A stretch of DNA of 64,000 bases from Paracoccaceae bacterium (lineage in GTDB: Bacteria > Pseudomonadota > Alphaproteobacteria > Rhodobacterales > Rhodobacteraceae), in assembly GCA_031428215.1 (NCBI GenBank), contig JANPOY010000234.1:57790-121789 (forward strand). The letters run 5' to 3'. Of this stretch, positions 59,506-64,000 are shown in pieces. Within the stretch, counting starts at the first letter, position 1; the number at the start of each line of letters is the position of its first letter. The position numbers and the translations under genes were made by a program. A model generated the notes under the pieces. The model was given only the letters and a program-made list of their open reading frames with translations, was not told the origin of the DNA and did no database searches.

Positions 59506-59852
59506 CGAAGGTCTCCCTTACGGTGAAATGTCAAGGACGAAGCAAAAGTTGTTGATATTGCTACGAAAATGTAGCGATCAAAGCAAAAAATGTGACCGGA
59601 AACGGAAAGCAACCACTAATTTGGGCTATACCTGTCCACGACGCTACGTATGCCGAATGAGTCGCTCAAGAAGAATATCTTTGCTTTCTTTGCATTTTTA
59701 TCTTGCCAACGAGCGAAATCTGAATTCGCAGGCGCGAACCGGGGACTGGCCCAAGTTGTGGCCCAGGCGGCTGCACGCCGCAGCACGCGCATGACGGCAA
59801 AACAGAGGATCGCGCCCGACCCGTTTCAAGGAGATTGGGTTGCTATTGACAT

Positions 59853-59872
59853 TATTGATGATAACTATCATT
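59853..59872. promoter_or_regulatory. Candidate TetR operator upstream of the oxidoreductase (core palindrome ATGATA-AC-TATCAT), next to TTGACA
   Basis: TATTGATGATAACTATCATT matches TATTGATGACAATAAACATT at 61874-61893 (upstream of tetR) at 16 of 20 positions. Confidence 0.55.
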
Positions 59873-60173
59873 TATAAATGATGTCGCTGATCACAATCGA
59901 CTTCACAAAATTTGCCACCCGTTTCGACTCTATCGGGGCCAGTGGTTGCGACCAGAGTTGCGGATAAGGTGATGTCTGATATCAATGCGTCGCGAATAAC
60001 GGCAGGCTTGCCGAAGCGTCGCGTGGCATCGGCAGAGCAGCCTCTGACAGGGCACGAGCCTTTGCGGGTTCGCACCGCGCCGCTGTGAGACTGCCCATAA
60101 AAGGTGGGGCGTCTTCTTGCGGGACACCCGGACTTTTACCCACCACCACACATGAAAGAGTTGGAGCAAGCCG

Positions 60174-61178
60174 ATGAAGGCGTTCGTTGTCGATGCATAC
60201 AGGAAAAAGGGCGCGCTGCGTCTGGCCGATGTCGCAGAGCCGGAAACGGGGCCCGAGGATGTTCTGGTCCGCATTCAGGCAACTGCAGTGAACCTGCTGG
60301 ATTCCAAAGTGCGCGATGGTGACTTCAAAGCCTTTCTGCCTTACCGCCCCTCATTCATCCTGGGTCACGATCTGGCCGGAACAGTTGTCCGGGTTGGCGC
60401 AAATGTCAGGCGCTTCAAGGTGGGCGACGAAGTCTATGCCAGACCGCGGGATCACCGGATCGGCAGTTTTGCGGAGTTTATCGCAATCAACGCAGCGGAT
60501 GTCGCGCAGAAACCCCAGAACCTGACCATGGCAGAAGCCGCCTCGATACCCCTGGTGGGGCTGACTGCCTGGCAGGCGTTGGTCGAGATTGGCAAGATCA
60601 AACCCGGCCAGAAGGTTTTCATTCAGGCAGGCTCTGGCGGCGTGGGGACCTTTGCGATCCAGTTGGCCAAACATCTGGGGGCCACGGTTGCGACCACGAC
60701 CAGCGCAAGGAATATCGACCTTGTCCAAAGTCTGGGGGCCGATGTGGTCATCGACTACACCGTGCAGGATTTCGAAAAACTCCTGTCGGGCTATGACCTT
60801 GTGTTGCACAGCCAGGAAGGCAAGACGCTGGAAAAATCGCTGCGGGTGTTGAAACCCGGCGGTCGATTGATCTCGATCTCTGGCCCGCCAGATGTCGGGT
60901 TTGCGAAAACTCTGGGCCTGAATTTCGTTCTGACACTGGTGATGCGGGTATTAAGCTTTGGCGTGTTGAAAAAGGCCAAAAGCCGGGGCGTTGGCTATGC
61001 TTTCCTGTTCATGCGCGCCGACGGACAGCAATTGGATCAGATCACCGCGCTGATCGAGTCCGGTGTGATTCGCCCGGTCATCGACAGGGAGTTTCCGTTT
61101 GACCAAACCGGCGACGCGCTGGCTTATGTGGAATCCGGGCGGGCCAAGGGCAAGGTTGTCATCACACTGGCCGGCTGA
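60174..61178 (+). CDS. NADP-dependent oxidoreductase, MDR/quinone-oxidoreductase-like
   Basis: Motifs ILGHDLAGTV, FKVGDEVY, AASIPLVGLTAWQAL, AGSGGVGTFAIQLAK and GRAKGKVVI. Confidence 0.92.
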   Translation: MKAFVVDAYRKKGALRLADVAEPETGPEDVLVRIQATAVNLLDSKVRDGDFKAFLPYRPSFILGHDLAGTVVRVGANVRRFKVGDEVYARPRDHRIGSFAEFIAINAADVAQKPQNLTMAEAASIPLVGLTAWQALVEIGKIKPGQKVFIQAGSGGVGTFAIQLAKHLGATVATTTSARNIDLVQSLGADVVIDYTVQDFEKLLSGYDLVLHSQEGKTLEKSLRVLKPGGRLISISGPPDVGFAKTLGLNFVLTLVMRVLSFGVLKKAKSRGVGYAFLFMRADGQQLDQITALIESGVIRPVIDREFPFDQTGDALAYVESGRAKGKVVITLAG

Positions 61179-61255
61179 CCCGCGCGCAGCCGCGCAAGCG
61201 CAGCGGGCCGGTCAACGCCGCGCTTTGAGCAAACGAAGCCCTGCAGATCACAAGA

Positions 61256-61816
61256 TCAGATTTCGGTTTCGCCGCCGACCATGACCCGACAGGCATCGAG
61301 GATTTCATCAGCCAGTGCGGAGGTGTCCGGGCAGGCGCGTGACAGAATGATCGCGCCGACGGCCTGAGCCAGAACACGGATCGCCTGCGCCCGCGCGCCA
61401 GCATTAGTCTGTTGCGCCATGTTGCCTTCAACCGCGCCAATGAGGCCCTCAATTCCGGCCGCAAAAACCGCCTTGGTGTCTTCCGGTTGCCGGGCCGCCT
61501 CACAGCTGAGCGCCGCCGCGGGACACCCCTGCCCGCGCGCATCGCGGTGGGCGCGTGACACATAAAGCCCGAGGGCATCTGTGCGGGTATGGCCGGTGTA
61601 ACGCCTTGCCGTATCGGCAAAACCCTTGGCTGAAGCTTCGGCGATCAGCGCTTCTTTCGAGGTGAAGTGATTGTAAAAGCCGCCGTGGGTCAGCCCCGCG
61701 CGCTGCATCAGATCCGCGACGCCCACGCCATCAAAGCCGTTCTCGCGAAACATCTCGGACGCGATGGTGACAATGCGGTCATGGTTTTCCCGCTTCTTTT
61801 CCTTGCTGATCCGCAT
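61256..61816 (-). CDS. TetR/AcrR family regulator
   Basis: HTH FRENGFDGVGVADLMQRAGLTHGGFYNHFTSKEAL. Start taken at MRISKE (61816). Confidence 0.92.
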   Translation of the reverse strand: MRISKEKKRENHDRIVTIASEMFRENGFDGVGVADLMQRAGLTHGGFYNHFTSKEALIAEASAKGFADTARRYTGHTRTDALGLYVSRAHRDARGQGCPAAALSCEAARQPEDTKAVFAAGIEGLIGAVEGNMAQQTNAGARAQAIRVLAQAVGAIILSRACPDTSALADEILDACRVMVGGETEI

Positions 61817-61873
61817 TTCGCAGCCCTTTGCAAAAAGTCGCCTGTGTCGTGACTTAAGATCCTCAACTGACGG

Positions 61874-61893
61874 TATTGATGACAATAAACATT
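61874..61893. promoter_or_regulatory. Second copy of the candidate TetR operator (autoregulatory)
   Basis: Matches 59853-59872 at 16 of 20 positions; 57 bp upstream of the tetR start. Confidence 0.5.
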
Positions 61894-62097
61894 ATTACTT
61901 TTGCAGGCGCAAGGATCGCATCACCACGGGCAGACATTCGACAGCCGCTGCGAACTGCAGTGACATAAACAGCGGCCGGTTGGCCCATCACCTTCGGGCG
62001 ATTGCGGCCTGTCGACAAGCGGATCGAATAGCTGCGGCAAAGGTCACGGAGCAGACCGTTGCTGCGATCTGATCTGGAAGATGGCCACAGTCTGCGC

Positions 62098-62128
62098 TTG
62101 ACCTTCCAGTGCTGGGAAGGGCCATACC
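62098..62128 (+). promoter_or_regulatory. CueR (MerR-type) promoter/operator
   Basis: TTGACC -35 element overlapping the dyad CCTTCC-N7-GGAAGG (62102-62120). Possible -10 CATACC at a 19-bp spacing, directly upstream of the Cu-ATPase gene. Confidence 0.85.
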
Positions 62129-62183
62129 CATGGACAGGCCGCAGAATCGTTGTCGCGCGGCACAACCGCGACAGGAGAACACC

Positions 62184-64000
62184 ATGCCCACCGTCGATCC
62201 ACACGCCGACCACGCCCATGCCAACCCTGAAATGACCGGCGGTCAGATGGGGCCAGCATCCGGCACCGGGCCCACGGCCGTTGATCCGGTCTGCGGCATG
62301 ACCGTGACCCTTAAACCCGATACGCGGACCGAGCGGTTTGGCGGTGCGGAGTTTCACTTCTGTTCCGGCAAGTGCCAGACGAAATTCAAGGCTGATCCGT
62401 GGTTCTATGTTTCGGGCAACAAGGCGAGGCGGGGCAAGGTGGCGGTCGTGGCCGCTCAGTACACCTGCCCCATGCATCCCGAAATCATCCGCGACGCGCC
62501 GGGTGCCTGCCCGCTTTGCGGCATGGCGCTGGAGCCGATGTTGCCGTTGGACGAGCCCAGCCATGAGCTGACGGATTTCACCCGCCGGATGTGGATTTCG
62601 GCCGCGGCGGCGGTGCCTCTGATCGTGCTGACGATGGGCGAACTTGTAGCCCTGCCAGTGCGCGACTGGATCGGCCATCCAACCGCCGGTTATGTGGAAT
62701 TCGCACTGGCGACGCCGATCATCCTGTGGGCGGCGCTGCCATTTTTTCAGCGTGGATGGGAGTCGCTGGTGAACCGGTCTCCGAACATGTGGACGCTGAT
62801 CAGTCTTGGCGTGGCGGCGGCCTATCTCTACTCGCTGGTCGCCACCTTCCTGCCCGGGGTTTTTCCGGCGCAGTACCGGATGGGCCACGGCGTCGGCACC
62901 TATTACGAGGCGGCGGTGGTGATCGTGGCGCTGGTCTTTGTCGGTCAGGTGCTGGAACTGCAGGCACGGGAACGCACCGGCGATGCGATCAGGGCATTGC
63001 TGGACCTGGCACCCAAAACAGCGCGGCGCATTTTGCCTGATGGGTCGGAATATGACGCACCGCTGGAAAACATCATGCAGGGCGACCGGTTGCGCCTGCG
63101 CCCCGGCGATGCGGTGCCGGTGGATGGGGTGGTGATCGAGGGTCATTCGTCGTTGGACGAAAGCATGCTCACCGGCGAATCGATGCCGGTCGAAAAAGGC
63201 CCGGGCGATGCGATCACCGGGGCCACGATCAACAAGAACGGCAGTCTTGTGATCGAGGCGGGCAAGGTCGGGGCCGATACAGTGCTGGCGCAGATCGTGG
63301 CGATGGTGTCGAACGCGCGCCGGTCGCGGGCGCCGATCCAGGGGCTGGCGGATCGGGTGTCTGCGATATTTGTGCCGGCAGTGGTCGGCATTGCCCTCTT
63401 CGCTTTCGTCGTCTGGATGATCATTGGCCCCGAACCTGCGCTGGTCTTCGCCATCGCCTCGGCGGTGTCGGTGTTGATCATCGCCTGCCCCTGCGCGCTT
63501 GGGCTGGCCACACCGATTTCCATCACCACTGCGGCGGGGCGCGGCGCGCAGGCAGGGGTTCTGATTAAGGATGCCGAAGCGCTGGAGCGGATGGCAGGCG
63601 TCGACATACTGATCGTCGACAAGACCGGCACCCTGACCATGGGCAAGCCGAAACTGACGGATACGCTTGCGCTGGCGGATTTGCCCGTGACCGATCTGCT
63701 TTCGTTTGCCGCAGCACTGGAGCGCGGCTCGGAACACCCGCTGGCCGAGGCCATTGTGGAGGGAGCCGAGGCGCAACGCGCTGCCCGGCAGGAGGCCCAG
63801 GATTTTGAAGCCGTCACCGGCAAAGGTGTACGGGGCAAGGTGGGCGGGCGCGCGGTGGCGCTTGGCAATGCGGCGATGATGCAGGACTTGGGGCTGGATA
63901 TCGGCGCGGCCGAAGCCAAGGCCGACAGCCTGCGCGCGATGGGCAAGACGGCGATGTTCATCGCGGTCGACGGCGCACTGGCGGGTATCGTGGCGGTGGC
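62184..64000 (+). CDS. copA: Copper-translocating P1B-type ATPase with YHS and heavy-metal-binding domains (runs off the window end)
   Basis: Not in the ORF track. Translated by hand from ATG 62184 (RBS AGGAG): DPVCGM...FHFCSGKC (YHS), YTCPMHP...CPLCGMALEP, LTGES, CPCALGLATP, DKTGT and SEHP. Confidence 0.92.
   Translation, partial: MPTVDPHADHAHANPEMTGGQMGPASGTGPTAVDPVCGMTVTLKPDTRTERFGGAEFHFCSGKCQTKFKADPWFYVSGNKARRGKVAVVAAQYTCPMHPEIIRDAPGACPLCGMALEPMLPLDEPSHELTDFTRRMWISAAAAVPLIVLTMGELVALPVRDWIGHPTAGYVEFALATPIILWAALPFFQRGWESLVNRSPNMWTLISLGVAAAYLYSLVATFLPGVFPAQYRMGHGVGTYYEAAVVIVALVFVGQVLELQARERTGDAIRALLDLAPKTARRILPDGSEYDAPLENIMQGDRLRLRPGDAVPVDGVVIEGHSSLDESMLTGESMPVEKGPGDAITGATINKNGSLVIEAGKVGADTVLAQIVAMVSNARRSRAPIQGLADRVSAIFVPAVVGIALFAFVVWMIIGPEPALVFAIASAVSVLIIACPCALGLATPISITTAAGRGAQAGVLIKDAEALERMAGVDILIVDKTGTLTMGKPKLTDTLALADLPVTDLLSFAAALERGSEHPLAEAIVEGAEAQRAARQEAQDFEAVTGKGVRGKVGGRAVALGNAAMMQDLGLDIGAAEAKADSLRAMGKTAMFIAVDGALAGIVAV

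Noticed and set aside
19570-59451. Many long plus-strand ORFs opposite the giant gene (e.g. 19570..22056, 23812..26196, 32137..34308, 57134..58798)
   Set aside because: Antisense shadows caused by GC-rich codon bias and the repetitive Ala/Val/Ser/Gly content. They have no recognisable motifs, and the minus-strand frame is coherent throughout.
20890-59505. Pore-forming RTX/MARTX toxin, CdiA, or NRPS/PKS megasynthase
   Set aside because: I saw no hydrophobic pore domain, acyltransferase gene, TpsB partner, immunity gene or A/C/KS motifs.
59691-59708. Possible sigma-54 promoter for the giant gene (TGGCAAGATAAAAATGCA, minus strand)
   Set aside because: The GG-to-GC spacing is 12 nt; sigma-54 promoters require 10.
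59853-59872. Fur box
   Set aside because: Only a partial resemblance and no iron genes nearby. The second copy upstream of tetR is a simpler explanation.
61863-63776. 637-aa minus-strand ORF
   Set aside because: Shadow of the plus-strand Cu-ATPase, which the ORF track missed because it has no stop inside the window.
1-64000. CRISPR arrays, tRNA/rRNA genes, IS elements, prophage
   Set aside because: I saw no exact spaced DNA repeats, RNA gene signatures or transposase/integrase ORFs. The repeats present are protein-level and degenerate.

Overview
GC-rich alphaproteobacterial DNA, Rhodobacteraceae-like by gene content (inference), in four blocks. (1) 1-5.1 kb: a rhizopine/methyl-inositol (moc-like) catabolic cluster with a sugar-binding protein, a TIM-barrel epimerase, a LacI regulator, mocD, mocE and a degenerate PanB-like gene; no mocF lies in the window. 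(2) 5.4-12.9 kb: a probable sulfoquinovose monooxygenase (sulfo-SMO) cluster with a TRAP transporter, flavin reductase, aldo-keto reductase, LLM monooxygenase, GntR regulator and a Gfo/Idh/MocA-fold (GH188-like) enzyme. (3) 13.0-59.5 kb, the main finding: a six-gene minus-strand cluster headed by a 38.6-kb gene for a 12,871-aa LEPR-XLL-leader exoprotein. The protein has beta-solenoid repeats, FCCH-like inserts, dockerin-like loops, Calx-beta-like modules, RTX repeats and a C-terminal metzincin motif. Behind it are a GAF-HlyD adaptor, an RRE/PqqD-M50 peptidase-HlyD fusion, SapC, a C-terminally truncated SecA paralogue and a third membrane-fusion protein. The locus has no ABC ATPase and no TolC, which suggests a non-canonical, SecA-paralogue-driven export system dedicated to the giant protein. 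(4) 60-64 kb: an NADP-dependent oxidoreductase/TetR pair and a Cu P1B-ATPase with a CueR-type promoter, cut by the window end. I saw no RNA genes, CRISPR arrays or mobile elements. All family calls come from reading motifs by eye, not from database searches.
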